Below, piece by piece: positions 14,470-23,038 of a DNA stretch of 51,940 nt (positions are counted from its first letter, which is position 1; every line of letters starts with the position of its first letter). This DNA is from Minisyncoccia bacterium (lineage in GTDB: Bacteria > Patescibacteriota > Minisyncoccia > 2-02-FULL-40-12 > IGHO2-01-FULL-4-A). The DNA lies in contig JBGQJN010000002.1 in assembly GCA_041499075.1 (NCBI GenBank), positions 1 through 51,940 of the forward strand, given 5' to 3'. A program made the translations under genes and the position numbers. The notes under the pieces are model-generated. The model had not been told where the DNA came from. It saw nothing but the letters and a program-made list of their open reading frames with translations, and ran no database searches.

Positions 14470-15075
14470 CTACTCAATTTTTTTGGTAAGTTTCTCTAAC
14501 TTATTTCTAATCACATCATCAGTAGGATCTAATTCCAAGGCTTTTTTGAAAGATTCATAAGCGTCATTCCATTCCCCTATCTTCAGGTATATATTACCAA
14601 GTTTTTTGTATAACTTGGAATCTTTAGGATTCCTAGCTATTTCAATAATCAGTTTCTGCTCTTCCTCCCGCGGGTCTTTGTTGGCACCATTGCTGGCATT
14701 TTGTGATTCAATTTCTTGTGCGCCCTGAAGTGCGATCTCGCCGCTGATTAGTTCTTCATGTTCAACTACGGTTTTGCGTACCCGATGGATAAGACTATTA
14801 GTAAAAGTATCTATACGCAAAGAGAGTAATCGCAGTTTGCGTAAAATTTTCTCAAATTCAGCCAGAAAATTAACTCTGTATTCATGCAGACTCAATCTGC
14901 TTATCCTCTGCGCTATTTCCGGGAAAAACTCCGCCCAAAAACTTTTTTCATTTTGTTCCGAGCCTGTCAGTATCTCTGGCGTAAGCTTTTTTAAATAAAC
15001 GAATTTTCGGGCAATAATCCAAAAAATACCGGTCAGTGAGCCAATGAAAACAACCAATGGTATGATGAAAAACAT
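14470..15075 (-). CDS. Membrane-anchored TPR-repeat protein
   Basis: N-terminal TM helix. C-terminal TPR-like sequence LYKKLGNIYLKIGEWNDAYESFKKALELDP. Confidence 0.6.
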   Translation of the reverse strand: MFFIIPLVVFIGSLTGIFWIIARKFVYLKKLTPEILTGSEQNEKSFWAEFFPEIAQRISRLSLHEYRVNFLAEFEKILRKLRLLSLRIDTFTNSLIHRVRKTVVEHEELISGEIALQGAQEIESQNASNGANKDPREEEQKLIIEIARNPKDSKLYKKLGNIYLKIGEWNDAYESFKKALELDPTDDVIRNKLEKLTKKIE

Positions 15076-15131
15076 GAGGTTAATATTAGCAGAGATTGGC
15101 TAAATGGGCAAGTTATCAAGAACCCAAGAAA

Positions 15132-16643
15132 CTATTTGATTTTCTTCTTCTTGGACTTGACTATTAGTTTTTTAACCTTGGCTTTGATCTTCAAAGCTGC
15201 CGGTTTAGCGGCTTTAGGCGCAGGTTGGATAATTGTCGACAAAACCGGCGGCTGTACCGGCATGGTCTTAATTCTTTCAACAGAAGTGAGTAGATTAACA
15301 ACCTGTTCGTTAGCTGTAAAACCTGCTATCTGGTCTTCTTTGAGCGGTATGAGAATGACTCGACCAATATTGCTGCCGATTCCGTTAAGGTAGAGATCAC
15401 TGGAGCTATTAGTTGGACTGAAAATAGAAATTGCCGGCCGGCTGATACTACCATCGGGTTTTAATATCAGATAGACAAGGTGAAAACTTGCCAAAGAAGG
15501 CGAAGAAAAACTGATTTTCAAAACATTATTCTGTCCGGGAGCGAATTGAGAAATGTCATACCATTTGCCCTGCCAGTCTTTAATATTGTCAGAAAATACC
15601 AAGGTAATATCGTCGCCTATATTATTCAAAACGCGGCTAGGATTGACGTGCAGATTTTTTAAGCTCTCTCGAGTGTAGCCGAAAAGCGTATCTATAGAAG
15701 TGTTGTTCAGCAGATTAGCGATAAGCCAGTCGCTGTAAATGTCACTGAAGGTTTGCGGAAAACCGTTTTTTGCCAAAGCATCATTGATACTTGCAATGCC
15801 GGCTGACAGATTATTTTTCAGTGTGTCGGCTATAACTTGTGCTGAAAAGTGCTCGGCGATATATTCAGCGAAAAGAATGATCTGGCCGTAATCCGGCGGT
15901 AAGTTCTTCCATTCGGTTAAACTATCATCGGAACTAGACAAGAATGTCTTTACACGGCCGGCCAGGTAAGAGTTCGGGAAATTGTCACTGTAGCCAAGTA
16001 ATATGGTCGCATATTCAGAACGAAGTTCGTTCAGCCAATTTTCATCGCTGACCTGGCGCAGAAGCTCTTTTTGGTTGAAGGATATCAGATGCTGGAATTC
16101 ATGGGCCAGAAACGGGTCAACTTTTTGCGGGTCAGCAAGGCCATTAATGTTGACGTATATCATTTCCCTTTGATTAGAATCAGGAATTTGGTTACGCGTA
16201 TATTCGTTAGCGGTGTCAAAATAACCGCCGGCTTTCTCAATAAGCGGCGATAGCAGTATTACCATATGCGGATCGTCATCAATACCAGGATTGGGTTCGG
16301 AACCGAAAAAATTCGTCTCTATCGGGTAGATTCTGTTATCAAATTCCTGCGCCAAAGTATCAATCTGGCTGCTGATTTGGTTATGCGCATCTGAGCTGAT
16401 GCTGTTCCAATAGCCGTCTTCAACATAGAAATAGGCGTGGCTGGATACCTTCCTGAGGGTGGCTGTTATCTGGCTGCGCCCTTGGGCATCGTAGCCGGAG
16501 CTGATAAAAAAACCTTGGTCTTGGCCAAAAGAATCAGCGTTGGCTACAGAAACAAAAGCCAAAAATGATATGACGAAAAAACAAGCGTATGTAAATCTTA
16601 ATTTCAAATTTGAATTACGCTTCACCTCTTTAGTATAGCTCAA
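15132..16643 (-). CDS. Putative secreted zinc metallopeptidase (HExxH) with a Lys-rich C-terminal tail
   Basis: N-terminal signal or anchor, an HEFQH motif in DPFLAHEFQHLISF, and the C-terminal tail KAAKPAALKIKAKVKKLIVKSKKKKIK. Confidence 0.55.
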   Translation of the reverse strand: MSYTKEVKRNSNLKLRFTYACFFVISFLAFVSVANADSFGQDQGFFISSGYDAQGRSQITATLRKVSSHAYFYVEDGYWNSISSDAHNQISSQIDTLAQEFDNRIYPIETNFFGSEPNPGIDDDPHMVILLSPLIEKAGGYFDTANEYTRNQIPDSNQREMIYVNINGLADPQKVDPFLAHEFQHLISFNQKELLRQVSDENWLNELRSEYATILLGYSDNFPNSYLAGRVKTFLSSSDDSLTEWKNLPPDYGQIILFAEYIAEHFSAQVIADTLKNNLSAGIASINDALAKNGFPQTFSDIYSDWLIANLLNNTSIDTLFGYTRESLKNLHVNPSRVLNNIGDDITLVFSDNIKDWQGKWYDISQFAPGQNNVLKISFSSPSLASFHLVYLILKPDGSISRPAISIFSPTNSSSDLYLNGIGSNIGRVILIPLKEDQIAGFTANEQVVNLLTSVERIKTMPVQPPVLSTIIQPAPKAAKPAALKIKAKVKKLIVKSKKKKIK

Positions 16644-16689
16644 TCATATTGAAATCAGAAAATTATCTACCATATTTACACTGACGATA

Positions 16690-17026
16690 GATTTGCTTAC
16701 TTCATGCGCGGCTGGTCGGAGGAAAAGGGGGATGTCTTCTATCATCTTGCAGGTGTGGAGGAAGTCATTCCCTTGGCGCGTCTAGTACAGAAATACGGGC
16801 CGTGCATCGCCGCCGATCTTGCCTCGCGGGGAGGGTGCCAAGCAGTACCAGGCTCCCGATCCGGTCAAAGAGCCGGCACTCTGGCTTAGACACATCAGTA
16901 AGATGGGCACTAAGTTGGAGCGGCAAGCTGCCCTGCTTGCCCAAATCGGCTGTGACCCATCCTTCCTGAAGGGAGGCGTACTGCCGCAGTATCGAGAATT
17001 CTGAAGTTTTAGGGCATAAAGCCCGC
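16690..17026 (+). other. G+C-rich segment of unclear nature: frameshifted gene fragment or structured RNA
   Basis: Visibly GC-richer than its flanks. Two overlapping + strand ORFs in different frames both look protein-like. Several hairpins are present, and a strong + strand terminator follows. Confidence 0.3.
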
Positions 17027-17063
17027 GGCGTCGAGGAGAGAACTCCCCGACGGCCGTTTTTTT
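17027..17063 (+). terminator. Rho-independent terminator
   Basis: GC-rich stem GGCGTCGAGGAG-AGAA-CTCCCCGACGGCC followed by seven T residues (17057-17063). Confidence 0.65.
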
Positions 17064-17064
17064 A

Positions 17065-18081
17065 TTAATTCTTTAGCATTGCCAGGCCCTCTTCCAGGGT
17101 AATCGTTGGTTTCCAGCCGAGGAGCTGGCGAGCTTTGGAGTTGTTGGCTAGGGTGCGGCGGGTTTCACCCGGCAGTGCTGGAATGTAAGCAGCCAGACCA
17201 TTTTTAAGCGCTGAAGCAAGTATCGCTTCCGGCTGTTCAGAGTCAAATACCGCCGCGGCTTTGATCTGGAAACCGCCATCGTATTTTTGGACGTTTTGAG
17301 AGAGTATCATGGCTGCGACTTCATTGATTGAATAATTTTTACCGGTGCCGATATTTATCAGATCACCTTTGCCGACTTTAGCTGACTTGGCAGCGGCGAT
17401 GTTGGCTTTGGCTACATCAAAAACATGTGTAAAGTCGCGCCGGCTATTGCCGTCACCGGTGATAGTTAGCGGCTGGCCCAATCCCAATTGCTTAAGAAAA
17501 ATACCAACGGCCGTGGCATAGGCGCCACTTGATAGCTGGCGTGGACCATAAACGTTAAAATATCTAAGAGAGACGGTTTGCAGACCGTAAAGATTGTAAA
17601 AAAGACGGCAAAGCTCTTCACCGACGTATTTCGATAGAGCGTAAGGATTTTTGAAATGCGGCAGCATCTCTTCGTATAGAGGCAATGTTTCTTGATCACC
17701 GTAAGATGAGGAAGAACCGGAATAGATGACTTTTTTGATCCCGTTATCACGTGATGCAAGAAGTACGTTGAGCGTGCCCAAGACATTATTATTCATTGCC
17801 GGTGCCGGATCTTTGATTGACGGCTGAATCCTGGCCATAGCCGCCAGGTGGAAAACCAACTCCACACCCTTAAAGTATGGTTTAATTTTTTTAAGGTCAC
17901 AAATATCAACCTTCACAAACTTAGCAGCTTTGTTTACCTGTGATCTTTTACCGGTAAAAAGATTGTCTATGACCATAACAGAATAACCTTCATTAATGAG
18001 GGCGTCAGTCAGATGGGAACCAATAAAGCCGGCTCCGCCGGTAACGATTACCTTTTTGATTTTAGATTCGGTTTTGGGCAT
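17065..18081 (-). CDS. NAD-dependent nucleotide-sugar epimerase/dehydratase (SDR family)
   Basis: VTGGAGFIGSHL Rossmann motif and the YALSKYVGE (YxxxK) catalytic motif. Confidence 0.85.
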   Translation of the reverse strand: MPKTESKIKKVIVTGGAGFIGSHLTDALINEGYSVMVIDNLFTGKRSQVNKAAKFVKVDICDLKKIKPYFKGVELVFHLAAMARIQPSIKDPAPAMNNNVLGTLNVLLASRDNGIKKVIYSGSSSSYGDQETLPLYEEMLPHFKNPYALSKYVGEELCRLFYNLYGLQTVSLRYFNVYGPRQLSSGAYATAVGIFLKQLGLGQPLTITGDGNSRRDFTHVFDVAKANIAAAKSAKVGKGDLINIGTGKNYSINEVAAMILSQNVQKYDGGFQIKAAAVFDSEQPEAILASALKNGLAAYIPALPGETRRTLANNSKARQLLGWKPTITLEEGLAMLKN

Positions 18082-18170
18082 AGATACTAAACTTAGTTAA
18101 ATTCGTCTATAATTGTGCAAGCAGACATTATCTTTATATCTTGCCTTAGAAAACCAGCAATTGTCAACTC

Positions 18171-18199
18171 TTGCCAATTCTTAGTTTTTTCATTATAAT
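18171..18199 (+). promoter_or_regulatory. Sigma70-type promoter (TTGCCA-17 nt-TATAAT) placed for a leaderless or near-leaderless transcript
   Basis: -35 at 18171-18176 and -10 at 18194-18199. Only 6 nt separate the -10 from the ATG at 18206, and there is no SD. Confidence 0.55.
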
Positions 18200-18205
18200 T
18201 AAACA

Positions 18206-19555
18206 ATGCGTAAGTTCTTACTCCTTTTAGGCGATATCATACTGCTTTACCTGGCGCTTTTTTTGACCCTAATTGTCCGTTATGGACGCGGTTTTGAGGT
18301 CCAACTGGCTGTTCATCTTTTGCCGTTTTCTTTTGTATTTGCGACCTGGATGCTTGTATTTTTCATTACTAATCTTTATGAGATCGGTTTTGCTAAAAAT
18401 ACGCTAAATTTTTTTTCTGAACTTTTTTCTTCAATTGCCGTCAATGCCGTAATCGCAATGCTCTTTTTCTACTTCGTATCTTTTTTTAAGATTACACCGA
18501 AGACGAATCTCTTCATCTTCTTAGTCATTGCTACTCTGCTTGAATTTCTCTGGCGTTATTATTTTAATCGCTTGATTGCAACTAGCGGCTATAAAAATAA
18601 CACGCTTATCGTCGGTGCCAATGAACAATCGCAAGAACTCTACGATTATTTACTAACCAATCCGCAGCTTGGCTATAACGCCCTTGGGATTATTGATATA
18701 GAGGATCAGGCGGCGCATTCTGTACTGGAGGATTTAATCAAGCAAAAAAACGTCAAAACTCTGGTCCTCTCGCCTTCTGTTTACAAGATTCCCCATATTA
18801 TAGACGTTTTTTACCACCTTGTGGGTTTCGGGATAAATTTTTATAACCTTTCTGATTTTTACGAAAGAACCACCGGCCGGATACCCTTGGGTACGATTGA
18901 CCAAACCTGGTTTTTGGAAAACTTGGCCAGCGGCAGTCGACGCGACTATGAATTTTTTAAAGGTATTGAAGACCTGCTCTTATCCGTTATCGGTCTTGTT
19001 TTATCGTTACCATTTTACCCGTTTATAATTTTAGCAATCAAGCTTGACTCCAATGGGCCAATTTTTATAAGACAACACAGGATTGGTAAATCCGGTAAAC
19101 AGTTCTCGCTGATTAAGTTCCGAACAATGTTCGCCAACGCTCCCGACGGCAGTGCCGAGGGTGCCAGCGGGCCAATCTGGGCGAGCGAAGACGACAAGAG
19201 GACGACTAGGGTCGGTAAATTTATCCGTCGGATGAGGATAGATGAGTGGCCCCAGTTTTGGAATACCCTTAAAGGCGAAATGTCATTCGTCGGTCCCCGT
19301 CCGGAAAGACCGGAATTCCATGGTAAACTGCAAAAAGAAATACCTTTTTATGAGGAGCGTTATCTGGTTAAGCCGGGTTTGACCGGTTGGGCACAGATCA
19401 AACACAAGCTTGACTTCCGGGGCGGTATGACTATACGTGACACTTTTGAAAAGCTTCAGCACGACCTCTATTACATTAAAAATCGCTCACTAGTCCTCGA
19501 TCTCGGCATAATCCTCAAAACTATTAATATCCTACTAAAAAAAGCTTTCCGCTAA
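18206..19555 (+). CDS. Polyprenyl-phosphate glycosylphosphotransferase (bacterial sugar transferase, WbaP/EpsL-like)
   Basis: N-terminal TM helices. The C-terminal domain has KFRTM...RVGKFIRRMRIDEWPQFWNTLKGEMSFVGPRPERP. Confidence 0.85.
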   Translation: MRKFLLLLGDIILLYLALFLTLIVRYGRGFEVQLAVHLLPFSFVFATWMLVFFITNLYEIGFAKNTLNFFSELFSSIAVNAVIAMLFFYFVSFFKITPKTNLFIFLVIATLLEFLWRYYFNRLIATSGYKNNTLIVGANEQSQELYDYLLTNPQLGYNALGIIDIEDQAAHSVLEDLIKQKNVKTLVLSPSVYKIPHIIDVFYHLVGFGINFYNLSDFYERTTGRIPLGTIDQTWFLENLASGSRRDYEFFKGIEDLLLSVIGLVLSLPFYPFIILAIKLDSNGPIFIRQHRIGKSGKQFSLIKFRTMFANAPDGSAEGASGPIWASEDDKRTTRVGKFIRRMRIDEWPQFWNTLKGEMSFVGPRPERPEFHGKLQKEIPFYEERYLVKPGLTGWAQIKHKLDFRGGMTIRDTFEKLQHDLYYIKNRSLVLDLGIILKTINILLKKAFR

Positions 19556-19563
19556 GGAAAATA

Positions 19564-20049
19564 TTATTTTGAGAGTTCAAAAACTTTCTTGTAGAAACCA
19601 TCCGGATTAAGACCTCGGCGGATCATCAGATTTTTTCTTATAAAATATTCAATTATTGAATAAGCCCGCACAAAAAATCTTTTCTTGTTTAAGACCCAGA
19701 GCATATCCAGGAATAAGTGAAAACACATGCCTGCAAAGATTGTAATAAAAAAGTCATAATTCCAGTAGCGGGCCAGGAGGTAGATGGCTAAAAAAACTTC
19801 AGCCGTATGTAAAAGACTGAAGGCTAAATATTCAGGATCGTATAGTCTGTCGATTATGATTTTGTAATACCTGAACATTCTCCAGCTACTCCAATCCTCG
19901 AATTTACTTCGCCACAAATAATCCCAGTAATGGTCAGCATCAATCAAAACTGCTACACCCAAAAACAAAAATGCCCGACCCAGGCCCCATAAGGGTATTG
20001 TCGTCACGGCGGCCGCGACGCCTATTATCAGATGATCTCTTAGCTTCAT
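19564..20049 (-). CDS. Polytopic membrane protein, possibly a YdjM/DUF457-like metal-dependent hydrolase
   Basis: Four to five hydrophobic segments with conserved His/Asp residues (DHLIIG, DADHYWDY). The family assignment is tentative. Confidence 0.45.
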   Translation of the reverse strand: MKLRDHLIIGVAAAVTTIPLWGLGRAFLFLGVAVLIDADHYWDYLWRSKFEDWSSWRMFRYYKIIIDRLYDPEYLAFSLLHTAEVFLAIYLLARYWNYDFFITIFAGMCFHLFLDMLWVLNKKRFFVRAYSIIEYFIRKNLMIRRGLNPDGFYKKVFELSK

Positions 20050-20127
20050 GAATCAATTATACCGAAGATTCCAGAATATTAAAAAGTACTTGATTGAATG
20101 TGAAAAATGGTTTAGAGTTTGGTTACG

Positions 20128-21141
20128 ATGAAGAAAAAAGCTTTAATTACCGGGATCACCGGACAAGACGGCTCATATTTGGCTGAATTTCTTTGTGACA
20201 AAGGGTATCAGGTTCACGGCATGGTTCGCCGCGTAGCCTTGGAAGATCCGGATATCCGGCTTGCCAGAATCGCCCATCTTGTCGCTCGCGGCCGTATTAA
20301 ACTGCATTCTGCCTCTTTGGAAAATTATCCCAGCATCTGCCACATTTTGACCAAAATAAAACCTGACGAGATATATCATTTGGCCGCGCAGAGCTTTGTT
20401 TCTTATTCCTTTGAGGATGAACATTCAACAATGCAGACTAATATTACCGGCACGCATTTCTTGCTTGCTACCGTTAGCCAAATTGTGCCTAAAGCTAAAT
20501 TTTACTTTGCGGCTTCAAGCGAGATGTTCGGCAATGTGCTGGAAGTGCCGCAAAATGAGAAAACTCCGTTCAATCCCCGCTCGCCCTATGGCGTATCCAA
20601 GGTCGCTGGCTATCATTTGGTTCGCTATCATCGCAATCACCCGTCGATCAAACTTTTCGGCGTCAACGGCATTTTGTTCAATCACGAATCGCCCCGCCGC
20701 GGTAAAGAATTCGTGACCAGGAAAATTACTCACACTGCCGCCTTGATTAAGTATGGCCTTGCCGATAAGCTGACGCTCGGCAATCCCAATGCCAAGCGCG
20801 ACTGGGGTTATGCCGGTGACTATGTCAAAGCGATGTGGCTGATGATGCAGCAGCCGAAACCGGATGACTATGTCATTGCTACCGGCGAGACACATTCCGT
20901 CAAAGAATTTACTGACGAAGCATTTAGGGTCGCCGGTCTTAATCCTCACAAATACATTATCTGGAACAATCCCACGGACATACGGCCTTCAGAGGTGGAT
21001 CTTTTAGTTGGTGACGATTCTAAAGCTAAAAAGATTTTGAAATGGCAGCCAAAGGTAAAATTCAAAGAGTTAGTTAAGATGATGATGGAATCCGATCTCA
21101 AACTTGTCTCTCAAATGGGCCGCACCGTGCTTAAAAAATGA
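20128..21141 (+). CDS. gmd: GDP-mannose 4,6-dehydratase
   Basis: ALITGITGQDGSYLAEFL, SPYGVSKVAGYH and GILFNHESPRRG signatures. ATG at 20128 is preferred over the TTG at 20119. Confidence 0.9.
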   Translation: MKKKALITGITGQDGSYLAEFLCDKGYQVHGMVRRVALEDPDIRLARIAHLVARGRIKLHSASLENYPSICHILTKIKPDEIYHLAAQSFVSYSFEDEHSTMQTNITGTHFLLATVSQIVPKAKFYFAASSEMFGNVLEVPQNEKTPFNPRSPYGVSKVAGYHLVRYHRNHPSIKLFGVNGILFNHESPRRGKEFVTRKITHTAALIKYGLADKLTLGNPNAKRDWGYAGDYVKAMWLMMQQPKPDDYVIATGETHSVKEFTDEAFRVAGLNPHKYIIWNNPTDIRPSEVDLLVGDDSKAKKILKWQPKVKFKELVKMMMESDLKLVSQMGRTVLKK

Positions 21142-21182
21142 TTTTTTGTCAAGGCTTGCTTACCAGCCCAAGCCCTGTTTAA

Positions 21183-21632
21183 ATGAGCTCCGTCATGGAG
21201 CTTCTCCGGTATAACTATAAGCAGAAAAATGACTGGACCTGTGGCCCGGCGGTAGCCAGGGTTTTGTTGTATTATTACGATAATAGGATGGATATCCAAG
21301 AAGTGGTCAAGGGATTGAAGACCACTCGCAGTGGCACGACTAACGCCAGTCTCATGAGATTTCTGAAGAAGAACGCCGTAAAATTCAGGGTTAAAAAACA
21401 AGCCGCTTTAGAGGATATTAGAAAGTATCTTAAAAAAAATTGGGTCGTGGTCGCATACTGGATCCCCTCTCATAAAGAAAGCCACTACTCTATCGTCAAA
21501 AAAATAACCGCTAAAAGAATCTACTTTCACGACACTTGGTTTGGTTCAAACCATAGCTATGATGCCGGTTACTTTTTCAAAAACTGGTGGGACCAGGAAG
21601 CGACCAGGTGGTTGCTGGCGGTCCGCAAATAG
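21183..21632 (+). CDS. Peptidase C39-like (papain-fold) cysteine peptidase domain protein
   Basis: NDWTCGPAVARVLL (catalytic Cys context) and a downstream SHYSIV His. Size fits stand-alone C39-like domains. Confidence 0.55.
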   Translation: MSSVMELLRYNYKQKNDWTCGPAVARVLLYYYDNRMDIQEVVKGLKTTRSGTTNASLMRFLKKNAVKFRVKKQAALEDIRKYLKKNWVVVAYWIPSHKESHYSIVKKITAKRIYFHDTWFGSNHSYDAGYFFKNWWDQEATRWLLAVRK

Positions 21633-21687
21633 CGTTCCGCTCTTACAAAAATTGCAATCCTCGTACCTAGCTCTGCTGACCGGCTAC

Positions 21688-21743
21688 ACGTGAGTGTTTT
21701 GCTGGTCGTAACTGTGCGCACTCCTCACGCAAAACACTCACGT
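21688..21743. repeat. 15-bp perfect inverted repeat with a 26-nt spacer between convergent genes
   Basis: ACGTGAGTGTTTTGC (21688-21702) pairs with GCAAAACACTCACGT (21729-21743). The spacer contains the GTGCGCAC palindrome. No flanking T-tract. Confidence 0.6.
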
Positions 21744-21796
21744 CTCCGCCGGAAAATAACATCCTCATCCTTAGCAATTCGCCCCGCAAACATAGC

Positions 21797-22426
21797 CTAT
21801 TTAATGCTTTTACGCCACTGCACAATTTTTCCCGCTTCAACCTCAACCTTATCGGCTCGGCGGAGGCCGGCGATGGCGTTTTTGGTTAGGATCGGATAAT
21901 GCGGCGAATTATCAAGCGCTTTCTCAATATGCCACAGGTTTTTTTCCGATGTAATCCAATCAGTACCTAAACCAGCCAGATTAAATGGTCGGGAATAATT
22001 ACGCAGATTTTTCTTGCCCTTATCGTCAAAATACTCATGGAAATAAGATAGCGCCAGCTCGCGGACATTGCGATGTATCGGTTCGCGGTATCTCAATACA
22101 GCATGGTTTGTCTTGCTGATCGCGCCCCATAATCCTTTTTTTCTGAATAGCGTCACCACATGATCGTAATCGTCTGCGGTTGCCTGAAAATCTAAAAGCA
22201 ATGGTTTCTGACCATGAAACCAAAGAGCCGCCGCCGCAAAAAGTGCTCCCTCAATACAATGCGCCTTACGTTCACGAAGCACGCGCCGCGGGGACATCAG
22301 AGTATCTTTGCCTTTGTCAAAATTAATGGGCAGCGCCGACAAAAAATCCTGGATTTTTTGAGGTGTATTCAGTTTACGAAAAATTTGTAATTCTGTTTTG
22401 TTTAAAATCTTTTGCCAATTAATCAT
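21797..22426 (-). CDS. Hypothetical protein, possibly a papain/transglutaminase-like Cys-His fold
   Basis: KAHCIEGALFAAAALWF followed by DYDHVVTLF resembles Cys and His motifs of transglutaminase-like hydrolases. Tentative. Confidence 0.45.
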   Translation of the reverse strand: MINWQKILNKTELQIFRKLNTPQKIQDFLSALPINFDKGKDTLMSPRRVLRERKAHCIEGALFAAAALWFHGQKPLLLDFQATADDYDHVVTLFRKKGLWGAISKTNHAVLRYREPIHRNVRELALSYFHEYFDDKGKKNLRNYSRPFNLAGLGTDWITSEKNLWHIEKALDNSPHYPILTKNAIAGLRRADKVEVEAGKIVQWRKSIK

Positions 22427-22457
22427 AACAACTGAACTATATCATAAAAACAAGACC

Positions 22458-23027
22458 TCAAAAGCAGAAATCAAACGGTGGCGCATAAGAACCGCGAGTC
22501 CGCTCATTATCAAAGGCGCATTGCTTGGGGACTGCTTGATATTCCGGCGGATGACAGGGATTGGAACAAACCACGACCCCATTTTCCTGGCAAAGCACGG
22601 CTTTGGCAAAACTTGACTGCATGACGATGCTACAAAAATAGTCAGCTGCAGACGGGTCAGCGCAGGTTACAAGTTTTTTGTTGGTTTGATAGAAATCACA
22701 GACTCTGGAATCTAGTGGCGCGCTGACCGATACAGTCTGGCCGTTTAATCCTTTGATTTGCAAAGTAATCTTCCGGATCGTAGTAACTTTGGAAATATAA
22801 CTGAAGAATTTTTTTATCTGATTCCAGCGATCAGAAAGCCATTTTCTCAAACTAATCCCCCACTTTGTATTTAAGGTGGAAGGTGAAGTATTCACAGCAG
22901 GCATTGCCGTGGCCCGGGTGAGGTAGCTAAGGTCAGAGTAATGATGTAGGTCGGTTTCGACGGCTGACCTGGCTGTGCCGCTAGCTAAAGCCAAGATAAA
23001 GATTAATATACAGATTTTTTTGTTCAT
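22458..23027 (-). CDS. Secreted Cys-rich hypothetical protein (189 aa)
   Basis: Signal peptide MNKKICILIFILALASGTARS and eight Cys in the C-terminal half. It lies immediately downstream of the giant gene. Confidence 0.55.
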   Translation of the reverse strand: MNKKICILIFILALASGTARSAVETDLHHYSDLSYLTRATAMPAVNTSPSTLNTKWGISLRKWLSDRWNQIKKFFSYISKVTTIRKITLQIKGLNGQTVSVSAPLDSRVCDFYQTNKKLVTCADPSAADYFCSIVMQSSFAKAVLCQENGVVVCSNPCHPPEYQAVPKQCAFDNERTRGSYAPPFDFCF

Positions 23028-23038
23028 CGTTTATGATT

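Noticed and set aside
16690-17063. The GC-rich island as RNase P RNA, tmRNA or SRP RNA
   Set aside because: GGAGGAAGUC and ACAGAAAUACGGGCC resemble the RNase P P4 strands, but they are only ~15 nt apart instead of flanking the whole RNA. There is no tRNA-like GGGG...UUCGA..CCACCA frame as in tmRNA. There is no GGAA/AGCA SRP domain IV motif. The segment is kept only as an unassigned finding.
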